Below the pieces are notes generated by a model. It was not told the DNA's origin. It ran no database searches and saw nothing but the letters and a program-made list of their open reading frames with translations. From the human T2T-CHM13v2.0 reference genome, Homo sapiens, in the NCBI RefSeq assembly GCF_009914755.1, contig NC_060929.1: a DNA stretch of 64,000 nt; one strand, 5' to 3'. Both the position numbers and the translations under genes were made by a program. Below are positions 26,188-40,575 of the stretch, one piece after another (the stretch's first letter is position 1; each line of letters opens with the position of its first letter).

Positions 26188-27441
26188 TGTTGAGGTGGAG
26201 AGGCCCTCAGCTCTGGTGGGGATTGAGTCACTGGCCCTAGCTATCTCCCAGTCCTTCTTATAGTTTGACTATTCAATTTTTGTTTGATTATATGAAATAT
26301 TTCAGAGGCCTTCTCAAATCCACCCTTTTTCGTTTTCTCCTAAGCTGATTCAGATGGAGTTCTGTTGCTTACAACCAAAAGAGTTCTGACTTAGCATACA
26401 AAGCCCTGGCACATAGTAGGTCCTTAGTGAATGTGAGTCGCTTCCTTTCATCACTGAATGCAGGGTTGGCTAAAGGTAACCCTAGACTGTATGTCACAGG
26501 GAGAGGCAGCAGTGAGGAGAAGAAAGGCTTTATAATTTAAAAACACAGGGAGACAACATATTTCCAACTCTTCATTTACCCTGAGCTGCAGCAGCAGTCA
26601 TTTCTTGCCACGTTCCAGTACAGATGGAAAAGTCACTGAATTACAAACCTAGTTGCAAGCTATTTTTGGTGGAGTTGTATGTGGTGGTGCTGGTGGGTTG
26701 TGTGTGTGTGTAATGTACGCATTGGGATTCTTGGCCACTGCCTCTGTTTGTATCAGCTGTCAGCAAATCAGAGGCGCCATCCACGTTTGTCATAATTCAT
26801 TACATTAATTAACCACTTTTGAGAACTGGGCGCGGGCCAGAGGGGAGGCGGGGGAGGGAAGCCTCCATATTGTTGTGTCTCAACCTCCTAGGTCAGAATT
26901 TCCACGGTTTGATGGGCTGCCATCGCCTGCACATGTGTCCCCTAACGCGCGGACCTTGATGAAATCATCTTGTTTACATCTTTGAATATTCTCTGCAGAT
27001 GATGCCTATGGCGGGAAGCCAGAGGCAAACAGCATCCCAGAACTTGGCTCTGGAGGCCCAACTCTGTACCCAAAAGAGTTTGGAATTACCCTGACGTCTG
27101 ATACCAAACTGGGCGTCCTTCTCCAGCCTGTCCCTCCCTGGCCAGTTCCCTGGGCCGGCTGCCTGGCCTAGGCCTTCTGCAGGACAAATGGCGCCAGCTC
27201 AAGACCCAGTGAGGTGAAGCCATCCTTTTTCCGTGCCCCCCATTTCAGTGAGTGGTGCCATTGCCCACCCAGCTGCCAGGCTTGGACCCTGCGGGTCATT
27301 CTTGACTCTTGGCCCATCCCATCTCCATATCCTGTTGATCTCTTTTTATTCACATTTCTCAAGACCTCTCCAGCTCTAGGTGACCATGATCTGTGCCTCC
27401 ATCATCACTCACCTGGACCACCACCGCAAACTCATCTCTAG

Positions 27442-27832
<391 letters not shown>

Positions 27833-28672
27833 CCAGGGAGATTTTTTAAAACACGAATGGAAGCATGCCACTGTCCTGCTTAAATCTCGCCATGCTTTTT
27901 CATCGACCCTGGGACTCTACGATGCTTTACAAGGTCCTTCCAGACCTGGCTCACCCTGCCAATCATTGATTCCTGTCCATTTCCAAGCCTTATTCTCCAA
28001 CCTCCCAGTCACTTCTTCCAATACATTTTCTTATGTTTCTTTCTGTTTCATGCAACCAAAGTTCCTGATTCCTGAATCATCAAAAGTTTTTATTGGTTCT
28101 GCATATCAGATTAAGGGCAATTTTGTTTATCTTTTTTGAACAAAAATGTCCTAGGTTCTAACTGTGTGCTCAGCAACTGAGCCACCAATTAATGTTTGGC
28201 TACTGAATCTTTGGTGCTTAGAAACTAGGTCTTTGGTGACATCACTTAAGCTATCAGATCAAACCTTACCTGAAGCTAGTGTCAAAATGTTCTGTCCTGA
28301 GTCAACAGATTCTTCTTGTTGACTAAGCTAGTTTGAATTAAGTTTCAACACAGACATTGAATCACAAACTGTTTTTGGACAAAGACAACATCTGCTTCAT
28401 CCTCACTCAATTATCTGCTAGGGTGGGCTTGTTATTTGTATTATCCAGGCCTATTATCAACCTCTTTCCTATCTTGGTGATGAGAGTAATTGCCCTCTGC
28501 ACATCACTTGGACAGTCCACAAAGCCCTGCACATCCATTATCTCATTTAAACCTGTCGACAATCCTGGGAGGTGTGTGGAATTTATCCATTTCATACATG
28601 AGAGAACTGAGGCTCGGAGAGGTAACAGGCTTGCCCAAGGTCACATGGCTAGTGAGAAGCAGAGCTAATCTT

Positions 28673-28911
28673 TTTTATTTATTTATCAGGTTTTTTACAT
28701 ATGTATACATGTGCCATGTTGGTGTGCTGCACCCATTAACTCATCATTTACATTAGGTATATCTCCTAATGCTATCCCTCCCCCATCCCCCCACCCCACG
28801 ACAGGCCCCGGTGTGTGATGTTCCCCACCCTGTGTCCAAGTGTTCTCATTGTTCAGTTCCCAACTATGAGTGAGAACATGCGGTGTTTGGTTTTCTGTCC
28901 TTGCGATAGTT
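28673..28911 (-). mobile_element. 5'-truncated primate L1PA 3'UTR fragment inserted in a MIR
   Basis: L1PA 3'UTR text (cattaggtatatctcctaatgctatccctcccc) and 17-bp TSD gaagcagagctaatctt at 28656 and 28912. Confidence 0.92.
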
Positions 28912-30539
28912 GAAGCAGAGCTAATCTTAAATCCTGTCCTCTGATTCAGAACTTATATGCTTTCTTAATATTCATTAAATCATTCATTCATTTAAGAACA
29001 GCAAAGATCATTGAATGCTTGCCACATGCAGACAGCTTGCTAAACTTTGTTGATTCATCAGTGAACAAGACAAGGTCTCGGTCCTTAAGGAACTTACTAT
29101 CTAACAGGAGACACAGACAGTGGCGATGTTGTGTGGAAACACCTATGATGAGGGGGTCACCTCTTCATCCTGAGCCTAGACAGCTGGGCACCAAGACTTG
29201 ACTATTTCCAGTCTCCTTGTGTCTCTGCTTTAAGACTCAACTTCCAGGTTTGGGTGGGGTAGGGGCAGATTGGAACATATGCAATAAACTGTGTGCTATG
29301 GGGAACAGGCAACTCCTCAGAAGGAAATTGGGACATTTCTAGGAAGGGGAAGTAGCAACAACAAATGTCTACTTTAATTTAGGATACTGGAGCCATTTAC
29401 TGGAGTCCAGGGTTATAGTGCCTGAATGATGGTTAAGGAGTTATAGTTGCTGTAGGGTCTGCATTAGAGCTTTTATTAAGTGATTTCACTTCATTTTGGA
29501 CATTAGGTTTTTGTCCCCTAAGTCCTTTTGACTTATTTTGGAACCATCTTCTATGAATGTTGCTAAACCTTTTAAGGAGAAAGTAGAAGTTGGTGAGGAG
29601 GATTGATGCATTTTCTCATCATCTACTGCAGCAATGTAAATACGTACTGTCTACTTTCCCCAACCCACCCATAGAAGACATGACTAATCGATTCTGGTAT
29701 TCTTCCCCACTGAGCCCAGATCAAGCCTCAGAAATCTTATCAGTGTGCTCCAGGCAGCCACAACCAGTGGATCAGAGTTGGCACATGAGGTGAAACATAT
29801 TTGTGAGTTCTGTTTTTGGACTGTGGGGCCTTGGGGAAAAATTCCTTCTTTTCTCTGGACCTCAGTTTTTCCATCTGTTAAATAATGACCCAAATGACCT
29901 GTAAGGTGTCTTCCAGTTCTGACAGTTTGGGACAGGAAAGTCTTTAAGTCATTGGGTGGAAAGTTGTGTCCTGGGGCAGGTTTTTAGCCTCTAGATGGAG
30001 TTTTCTGTCCCACTCCCTTGGAGCCTTTGGGGCTGCAAAGTGGTAGGAATCAAATCATATGCTGGGGAATAGACTAAATATTTTCTTCACAATATGTCTA
30101 GGTAATACTGCTAGAGAACACCCAAGGGCTAAGTGGTGTGGATTCAGGAAGCCTCAGTAGACAACATCAAGGGTAGTTGGCATTTATCAAGTGCTGTTCG
30201 GTGTGCCTGGCTCCAAACCCAATCTCCAAGTTAATCTTCTAATTACCATTTTACAGATAAGGACACTGAATTCAGATGGTTGCATGCCTGTCCACAGTCA
30301 GAGCAGAGCCAGGATTGGAGCTCGGGTTCCGAGTCCATAGCTCTTTCCCTATTCCACCTGTCTCCAGTTAGAGAGGCCCTAAGGGGAGGGTCTTTGTTAC
30401 ACATTGTGATTTGCCAAGCCCAGCCCCACTTCAGGGTCACTCCTCTCTTTGATCAAACCCAGTTTGATCTTTACTTCTTGGAAATTTCTCTGCTCAACCC
30501 AAATAGGGATGTGTTCTCTTTGTCTCCCTCCCCCAGGGT

Positions 30540-30895
30540 GGTAGACACCTCCTAGATGCTCACCAACACCATCTCCTTAATCCCCAGCCTCCCTTGCAGT
30601 TAAGTGGGGCAGTGTGACTAGTTCCAGCCAATGGAATATGGACAAGTGAGGTACGTGACTTCTGGGCCAGCCCACAAAATGTTCCACGCAGTCCTCCATG
30701 ACGTCCTTCTCTTGCTTGTTGGCCGACCTCCAGTAGGGGAATCTAGCAGAAGACTCCAAGGAGGCCTGGATCTCATAATGACTGCGGGGAGCAGAAGCTC
30801 CTGCCCATGCACTGTACCATGTGATGTCTTCCTAAGTCATTGAGATGCTGGGATTATTTGTTAAAGCAGCTTGCATTAAATAGCCTGACAAATAC
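30540..30895. mobile_element. MLT1-like LTR
   Basis: cccagcctcccttgcagttaag...gtgactagttccagccaatggaat...atttgttaaagcagc. Confidence 0.6.
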
Positions 30896-31094
30896 CCCCA
30901 GCATCTTGTAATTCATTTCTACTGAAACAACAACCGCACTGCATTGTAATTGGTTATTTATCTGTCTTACCCAGTGGGTTGGAAGCTGCTTGAGGGCAGA
31001 TATGAGATTCATCTATGTCCTGTGTCCAGCACAAGAAGACATTCTTCATTTATTCGATCAATGCACAAAAACACCTTGAGATGCAGCAAAACTG

Positions 31095-31312
31095 TGAAGT
31101 TTGCAGGCTCTGGAGTTGGGGTGGGTGGGTTGGAATCTTTATTTTTTCCCCTGTTGCTTGGATCACCTTGGGCAAGGTACTTAACCTCTCTGAGCTTAGT
31201 TTTCTAATCTGTAAAGTGGTGATAACAGAAGTACCTACCTCATAGAATTGTCACGAGGCTTAAATGAGGTTGTGTGTTTAGCCCATATCTAGCAAGCAGT
31301 AAGCACTCAATA
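31095..31312 (+). mobile_element. MIR
   Basis: accttgggcaaggtacttaacctctctgagc...ctgtaaagtgg. Confidence 0.75.
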
Positions 31313-33521
31313 AATAGGACTCCTATTGTTATAATAGGACAATAGCTATTATTGTCCACATTTACACTGAGATCCAGAGAGGCCGCTTGACTGATTCAAG
31401 ATCCCTCAATAAAGGAGAGAGATAGTGTTTGGATTCAGCTCTTCTTCTTTCTGCTGTGCTTGAGGGAGCTTGTCAGCCATCTTGGTCTTTTTTCCTGGAG
31501 CTCTGGGTGGCAGCCAGCAACCCCAGTGGGAGTGGTGACCTGGGAGTTTTTAACACCTTCAGGTGCTAAGTGGCCTTCAGGTGCTAAGCTGAGGCAAAGG
31601 GCAGTGATTTGCTTCCCTGGGGATCATCATACACTTGCTTGAAAGACCTTTCAGGGTGGAAATGTCACCTGGGAACCAGTGTCCCTACCCTGGAGGAGCC
31701 AGGCTGTACCCTGGGGACACTCCTGGAACTCCCAGGGACCCCGCCTGAGAGCCCTTGTTGCCAGGGCAGCCGTTGGGCTTGAAGAGCCCCAGGAGCTCCA
31801 ATGTGGGGCCAGCTTCACTCTTTTCCAGGCTGTCTGTTTTTCTCCCCTTCTACCTCTCCTCCTCCTCCTTCTTCTGAAAAATACTCAGCAGTTTTTGAGC
31901 TGCTTTGGCAATCTCTGGGCTTGAATTTCAAGACCTGCAGCCTTTGAGGACAGGAGCCCAGAGGAAGGTTTTCAGATCTGTGACCCAGACGGCAGGAAGT
32001 GCTGGGGTTTCCTGCAGGGTGGGAGAGGTAGGGCCATGCTGGGGTTTCCCCAGGCAGGATGGGAGGGGTCCCAGCAGTAGTCTGACTTCAGTCCCCTGGG
32101 AAATTTAGGGAAAAGGCCCACAGGGAGTGCTGGGGAATTTTAGGGCATCCTGGCCTGGTGCAGTGATGACAGCCCACAGCAGTCCTGGGGTCCCCTGCCA
32201 CGTGCCCAGGGCTGGCCTTCTGTGGGTGCTGAGCTCCACCTCTTCCCTGGCCTTCTTGCCCCCTTCTAAAACACACTGCACACTTGCCCACCTCTGTGCC
32301 ATTCTCCTGTACTGCCTCCCCTCTCCCTTTACCACCTAGTGCCCCACACTCATGTTACCTGAACTCACCCCTTCCTGGGGAGGGTCCCCTGGCCTCTTAC
32401 AGCCTCAGGCATGCTCCTCCTCAGGGACTGTCCTGTACTAACCAAAGAATGCCTTGAAGGCAGGGCCCTTGACTGTTCACCTTTGAGCCAGTGCCTCAGT
32501 GAGTGAATGAATGAACCAGAGGGGGAATGAATGAAAGAGGGAAAGAATGAGCAGGAACAGTGACTGCCTGTGTGAATGAGTGAATGAGTCAATGAGTGCA
32601 TGAAGGAATGAATGAACGCGCCCAAGTGGGAGTGATGGGGGAGCTGGGGCTTCTGGGTGGTCCCTGGGTCAGCAGCGGCAGCAGAAAAGGAGGCACTAGC
32701 TGGCGGGGGAAGGACCAGCCTGAGGGGTCTCTTCCCCATCTGCAGTGCTCCGCCCCTCTTCTGGCTCCTGTATCCCCTCAGGCTCCCATCCCTGGCCACG
32801 CTCAGAGAACCCCCCAGGCCCCCCGGTTAGGGTTTTCTTGGCTGGATCCTCCTAGGAGGCTGTTTCTCTTGGATGAAGCCTTCCCCTGACCCCTCCTCCC
32901 CTCCCCAAGTCCTCATAAAATGTTCAAAGTATTTTCTTTTACTCAATAAAGTAAACAAAGGCAAGGGCAGCCTCGAGGCTGAATTTGCATCCCCTTGGCT
33001 CTGCTCAGCCTAGGCTAACAACCTCCTTCAGCAGCAGAAGTCTTTGCCGCTCTACTCCACAGATGGGAAAACAGGGCTTGTAGGGGTCAAGGCCATTCTG
33101 TTAAGGAGCGTGAGACACAAACTTGACCTGGGCCTTCAGACGTGGATCTGGGGAGAACCATCCCCTTCTCAGTGGCTCCTCTTGACCTCACTTTGATTCC
33201 AGTAGGTGACAGTGCAGGGGTGCCCTGGGGTGGGTCCCTTGGAGCCTTGGTGGTGAGAGTCCGCAGGTTTTTCTGCAAGAGGCTACAATATGGCTGTGTG
33301 CATCTTCTGCTGAACAGCTACGGTACATAGGCAGGAGGATGGCAGAGCCAAGGGGAGGGCATTCCCCACTGCTGAGGAAGGTTGGACGCCCCACCTGGGG
33401 CTCCACTGGGACCGAAGAGACTCGGGTCGGGGTGCAGGGTGGGCAGAACCATAGAAAGGAGCATGCACTCCCTGAGCATTCATTGCAACAGCCCCCCTAG
33501 GTGGGAACTATTATCACCATC

Positions 33522-33825
<304 letters not shown>

Positions 33826-36800
33826 TATCACCATCTTACAGATGATGAAATTAAGGCCCAGAGAGGTGACATGACTTGTCCAAGGTCACACAGGTGGTGA
33901 ATAGTGGGGCCAGGATTCAATCGAAGCATCCTTCAAGTCTCCCAAGCCTGGGTTCTTACTCATTCTGCTAGTTGGGTGAGGACCTGAGTGGGAAGGCTGC
34001 AAGTCCAGGTGTGAGCTGGCATCAGACCTGTGAGGTGCTTAGCAGGGTGCAGGTGCAGAGTGGGTGCTTTTCTGGATGTATGGTTGTGTGCCTTCCTCCG
34101 ACTGAAGACCAAGACTCCCAGGAAGATGGGGACTTTCCGTTCTTGCAGGAGTCTGGATTCTCCTTGGTTAATCAGTTCTCCCAGAAGCCTAACCACTTTC
34201 TTCAGTCTTCTGTGCAGATAGATGCTCTCCAGCACTTACTTTGGGCCGGTCCCCCTTTCTGACTGCTCTCATCCCACATCCCTGTGGTGGGTGGAGCTGG
34301 CTCCTTGGAAAAGGGGGTTCCTTTTAGACAGCCCTGCCCTCCACCTCCCTTTCCACTCGCTGGCCTCGGCCAGCCCCCTGGGCCCAGCTCGAGAACAGAC
34401 ACTCACCCCTCTGCCAAGCACGGAGTGGGAAGGGAAGGGCTGTGCAGCCCCAGCCAGGAGTCCCAGCCAGGGAACAGATCAAGAGCGGATGGGATGATGG
34501 GGGCCACTGAGGTTCTGGGACCAAGGCATGAAGGCATGGGAACTTTGGGCTGCGGTGGGTCAAGGGGTGGCCAGGAGGTCAAGGGAGGAGCAGGGGGCTC
34601 CCTATCCCCAGCTCAGCCTGGGTGTGAAAGCCAGGAGTCTTCTAGTTGCAGCTGGAGGGGGCACACAGTGGGAAATAGCCTCACTCCATTGCTCCTTAAA
34701 GGGGCCAGCCAGGCTTCTTAAAGTGGCAGCTCCTGGGCAGGGAGGGGCCCCGGGAGAGCTTGGCCTCTCAGCCCTGGGAGCAGAGCTTCTTTCTATCAGG
34801 CAGTGAGTCCACCTACCATAGAGATGCCCTGGTTTCCTGCCTCCTCACCATCATGGCATCTAGAAAGGCCTCCTCCCACATGAGGGGGCTGTGGGGTTGG
34901 GCCCCTCATCTGCCTTGGCCTGCGTGTCCAGTCCTGGGCCTGGCCCAAAAGAGAGCCTCAGTGACTACTGAGAAGTAGATGATTTGATGAAGGGACCGGG
35001 CTGGAGCTGTGAGCTGAGACCCCAGAGTACAACCGGAGCTCTTCCCAACCCAGGGTATGAGCTTGGTCCAAATGGACCCTGGCAGAGACGGGCACTCCTT
35101 GGTCAATCTGTTTCTGAACCTTGCCATCTCCACTCATCCCAAACTTTCCAGCCCCATAGCACATCTGACATCTGTGATGTGCTTTTCCTATGTGATAAAT
35201 GGACACCGTAACTTAGTATTTAGGGACCAGACAGGCTGAGTTCAAATCCTCGCTCTGCCTATTCCTAGATATTTCTGTTTCCTCTCTGCAAATGGAGCTA
35301 TGAGTAATAATATATTGGGGCATTGTTGAAAGGCTTAGATCATCTAAAGCAGCGACAGTGATGAGAACAGGACCTGATCTTAAAGGGTGCAATAAACGGT
35401 AGCTCTTACTTTTACTACGAACGGCATGTGCAGAGGATACTATGCTTTTCTGTCAGCTCAGAAAACTGGGTAGCTGAGAGGCAAATGACATGTCCAAGGT
35501 CACCCAGAAAATATACAGCAGAGCCAGGATTTGAACTCAGGTCCAGCTGAGCCAAAGCCTGCTTTCTTTGTGTCATCATGCACCACCTCCTTCCACATCT
35601 TGCCCTGGGAGTGCGTGATCACTGGGGCTCGGGAGCTGCTAAGTGCTGGGGTAGGGGATAGCATTTTACTAGGGTCCTGGGGGCCAGTGGCTGACCAGAT
35701 CCATGCCCTCTTTCCCCTGGCCTAATGCTGCAGATCTCAGGATGTCAAAGGGGGTGATGTCAGACAGTCATGCTGGGTGGGAATGGCTCTGAAAGCCTGC
35801 AGCCCCTTCCTCGCATGGAGCCTCAGCTTCCTCGCCTGTAGGTTGGGATGATCCGACAGAGGCATTGTGAGTCTCAGCTGAGCTATAACTCGTGAGAAAG
35901 CTTTTCGGACACATAGCAGGCAAGGCCTCCCAGGTTGGAGGACAGGAAGGGAGCCTGTCTGAGTAGGGAAGGGAGCTGGCCGTGTCCACAGCCTCCAACC
36001 CTCGGCCTCAGCCCCGGCCCACAGCTGGGCCTGGACTCCTGCTCGTGGCCGCCCCTCTCATGGGTCTGCGGGGATTTCTCTGCTCCAGGCTGACCCCTTC
36101 CTTGCAGAGGAGGCTTCTGTTGCCCGTCCGCTCTGCTGGGCCTGGGCTATTCTCTGTGTTTGTGTGTGTGGGGGTTGGGGATAGGTGGGGGTCCTCTTGG
36201 ATTCTGTGATGGAGGGAATCCTGGCGTCCCTGTGGAGTCAGCCTGGGCCGCCGCCGGCTCAGCCGTCCTTCCCAGAGCCTCTGCAGCCCTTCTGGCTGCC
36301 GTTGCCTGCAGATTCCCGGCGAATGGTGCTCCTGAGACCGCTATGGGCCCAGGCTGCGTCATTCCCACCCTCCCTGAGCTCTGGGACTAGCTGGGCAGGG
36401 CTCCAGCCCTGGGAACTCCGCCTGCTGCTTTTTTCCCCTTCTTCGAAATTTCACTGTATGATTCAATGAAATGTCCTCTGCTTCCCGTCACCTGGCTTGG
36501 CTAAGCTGACCTTGTAGTGTGGAGCAGAGAGCACTGGACCTGGAGCTCAGGTGCTGGCCTGCGTTCTGCCTTGGATGTCCTGTGTGACCGCAGGAGAGCG
36601 CCTTTACCTCTGTGGGCCTCGGTTTTTCCATCCGTAAAATGGACTGGGAGGATGGTAGTGAGGGTGTGTCTAGCAATAGAAGAGGGGAGAATGAGAACTG
36701 CCTCTGCACCCTCTCATGCCTGTCTTCTCTCTCTATGGTGGCCACTGTCTCTTCCTTCTTTGCAGAGATGTTTACCCAGGGGTCTAAGCCAGAGCTTCCT

Positions 36801-36970
36801 TCTCTGCCCTCCCTGCCAAGCCAGCGTACAGATCACTGGTCCCAGGGTCGGCTGTGGTAGCCCTAGGTTGGAACACACCCCTGGTTCCAAGAAGGTCCCC
36901 GTCTAATATGTGAGTCCACAGGTCCTTCCTTCACTATCCTCCCCACCCAGGCTAAAGGCTGAGGCACCCC

Positions 36971-37002
36971 CCACCAGGTGGGGCTTCACCACTAGAGGGC
37001 GC
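36971..37002 (+). promoter_or_regulatory. Tandem CTCF motifs
   Basis: CCACCAGGTGGGGC at 36971-36984 (one mismatch) and CCACTAGAGGGCGC at 36989-37002 (exact consensus). Confidence 0.65.
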
Positions 37003-37634
37003 CCACCCCCCCACAACATGATTAAAAAAATAAAACCCAAACGGCCTACCCCAACTAAACGTAATCGTTACAGCAATTATTGAGCATTTATTATGTGTCA
37101 GGTGCTGTACTAATCCCTACAACACCCCTAGAAGGTATACAGTGACATCATTCCCACTTAACAGATGACAAGACCGAGGTCTGGAGAAGTAAAATGACTC
37201 ACCCAAGACCACCCAGCTGGTCAGTGACAGAGCTGGGACCAGCAACCAGGTCTAAGCAGTGGAGTCCCAGGCCCAATGCAGAGGCCTCATGGCACCCAGA
37301 GTCAGCCACTGCAGTGGGGAGGATGGCTGGGATGGGAGCTGAAGGTGGAGGCTAGGATTGATGAGATCAGAGACCACCAAAGGAAACGTTTGTAAACCTT
37401 CACAAAATTCGGCAGCTTTTCAAAATAATGATAATGGTAGGTTACATCCATAGAGCACTCACCATGTGGCAAACACAATACCAAGAGTTCTATATACACA
37501 ATCTCCCCTAATACTAGGAACAACCCAAACGGGGGTATGTTCCAGTATTATTTCTGTTACAGATGGGGAGACTGAGGATCAATGAGGTGAAGTGTCTTGC
37601 CCAACCTTGCTCATTTGAACCCAGGTCTCTTTGC

Positions 37635-38726
37635 CTCTGGAGCTTGTGACTTAACTTCTGCATTCTGCTGCTTTTCTCCTTTAGAAGATTCTTATCCAGA
37701 ATCCCAACATTTAAGAGATAAAAGTGGGTGGAAGCAGAGGAGGTGGGGGTACAGGAGCCTGAAGCTTTCCAGGCCAGTTTGAAAAGCCCTGATCGAATGC
37801 CCCCCTCTCCAAGCCCCAGACAGGAGCAGGGACTTGCCCACGGGCCCAGAGCTGGTTAGGGGTAGAGCCCCCAGACCACTACTTGCTCCCTCTGTGGGTG
37901 CTACCTTGACTTTGAGATAAGGTCCAGGCCTCAGGTGACAGGGGTAGATGCTTTAATCTTTGGCCTCAGCAACTGGGCAGAGAACCTTATATCCCTGATG
38001 AAGAGACTTCCACCCTGACTAGAGACTCTGGGACATGTGGGCTGTCATAGGCAGTGGCAGCCGAGGGGTGGCTTGGGGGATGGACATGTGGGTCCCCTAA
38101 ATCTCCATCAGTCTTTCCCCCAAGCCATAGTAAACAAGAGGCCCTTTTCTCACCTCTGAGTAGTGTGCAGTCCCAAACCCCCTCCCGGGTAGGATCCTGG
38201 GTCCTGGAGCAGACTGTGGTCATGTGAGTTGAATCAATGACCCCCTGGCTGTGTGTCTAGCTTGGGAGCACTAGGGGGGGATATGGTCTCCGTACCATGC
38301 GAAGTCCTGTTTCTGTGTAATGCAGTGAATTCCTACCCAGGTCCCACCTGGGATTCACCTTGTTCTTTTGTAGGAGTCGAATCTCTGCAATTGTCTGACT
38401 TCTGCAGTGATGCTGGGGGAATTAAATGTAGCTGCAGTATGTACAAGACATATCCTGCAGTGGGGGAACACTGTCAGGTGGGTCCCGCTGGGGCTGGGGA
38501 CATGGGAACCAATAATGTGTGTGAAGCACTTAGTGGGGACCAGGCCCAGGGCTCAGCATGATCACTCTGAATCCATACAGCAGCCCTGCAAGGTAGGCAC
38601 TCTGGAGCTTGTGACTTAACTTCCGCATTCTGCTGCTTCTCTTTCTTTAGAAGAATCGTTTCTAGAATCCCAATATTTAAGGGATAAAAGTGGGTGGAAG
38701 CTGAGGAGGTGGGGGGTACAGGAGCC
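37635..38726 (+). repeat. Local ~125-bp direct duplication (37635-37759 and 38600-38726)
   Basis: About 90% identical by manual alignment. Confidence 0.9.
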
Positions 38727-39249
38727 CAAGAGTCCCCAAGGCCACAGTGCTTTCACCCCTCTATGAGGATGCATAAAACAGAGCCTCAGAGAGGCTAAGT
38801 GGCATGTTCAGGGTCGTCCAGCTGCGAAGTGTCGCAGCTGGGATTTGAACCCTGGTTGGCTGGACTCAAAGGTCCCACATTGTTCTACTCTGCCCTGCTG
38901 GAGCACCTGTGTAGACTGTTAGATTGGTTCAGTGAAGCATGCCTGCTATTGACACCCTTGCGTAGTCCCTTTTGAGGTGACTTGTTACGTAGCAGCGATA
39001 GATCGTTAAAACAGTTCCTGGGAGGAGTCACTGAACAAGGCTGGGAGTGAGATTAGGAAACTTTCTTTTTTAGTTTCTTGCTCTTGAAAGATCAAGTCCC
39101 TGTGAGTTTGGAGCACCTCTGCAGGATTCCTCCTGAGCAGAAATGAAGGACAAGGAGGGCTTGGCAGCGAGAGCTCAATATTCATGCATCTCTGTGTTCT
39201 CTGCTCCTCCTGGCCACGTGGCTCCACTGCTCTTCCCTTTCTTCTTTCC

Positions 39250-39550
39250 AATTAGGTGTGGCCATGTACATGATTTCTAGGTTGTGGAGTGTGGTGGAAG
39301 TGATTCATGCCACTTTGGGCCTGGCCCAAAAAACTCTCCTATGAGCCCCCTTCTCTTTTCTTGCCCCTTGGCTGAGAGGAGAGGACTCTGAGGGCCTCGA
39401 AGAGGATGGAAGCACAGGATGGAAGAGGCTTGGGCCCTGAATGACTGCATGGAGGCTGCCTGGCCAGGAGCACCTGCATCGGACTGTGATGTGAAGGAGA
39501 AACGAGATTTCATTGTGTAAAAGCCACTCGCTGAGGAGCCGGGACTACCT
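39250..39550. mobile_element. MLT1-like LTR
   Basis: ttaggtgtggccatgt...ggaagtga...gggccctgaatgactgcatggag...ggactgtgatgtga. Confidence 0.6.
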
Positions 39551-40195
39551 GGTCAGGACCTAGTTTTCCCTAACTAATCCAGAGGGTAAGGAGAGGTCTT
39601 GCTGAGAACATGGGATGTGGGCCTTCCAGTGTCCAAGGGGAAGTTGGATCAAGAGGGAGAGAAATGTACCCCACTGTCCCTGGGTGCTGTAGATACTGGG
39701 TCTTGGCCTCCTGGGGGAAGAAGGGCTTTGAGGTGTTTTCTTGACAAATCATTTGTTGAGCACCCGCTCTGAGCCAGTGTCTGTCTCAGCCTGGAGAGGC
39801 AGAGATGGCGAAGCTTTGCTCTCAAAGTGCTCACAGTGTGTTAGGGAGACAAAGGCAGGTCAGGGTCAGGTGATGCCAACCTCTCAGGAGCCATAAGCTC
39901 CCCTGATACAGGGCAGGTGGGGAGGGTAAATAAATTAGTGAGGAGGCCAAGTGTGAGGCAATAGGGAATGGTGGGGATTGTGGTGAACTTCAGAGACACA
40001 CCTGGCAGTGGTGGCAGCTTCCATCAGCTGCAGTCTCTTGTTGCCACATGGGTCCATATTCTCACACTGGGTTCATGGGAAAATGGACCCTGTGTGGACA
40101 GAGCCTCCAGTTTTTTAAGTCAAATCAGAAATTTTGATACTTATGTGAATTCTCCTATTTTTCAAAACTTGAAAATTAACTTAAAACTAACATTA

Positions 40196-40575
<380 letters not shown>

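Noticed and set aside
31555-31590. Small 18-bp tandem duplication (similar 21-bp one at ~11504-11545)
   Set aside because: Ordinary slippage events with no further structure.
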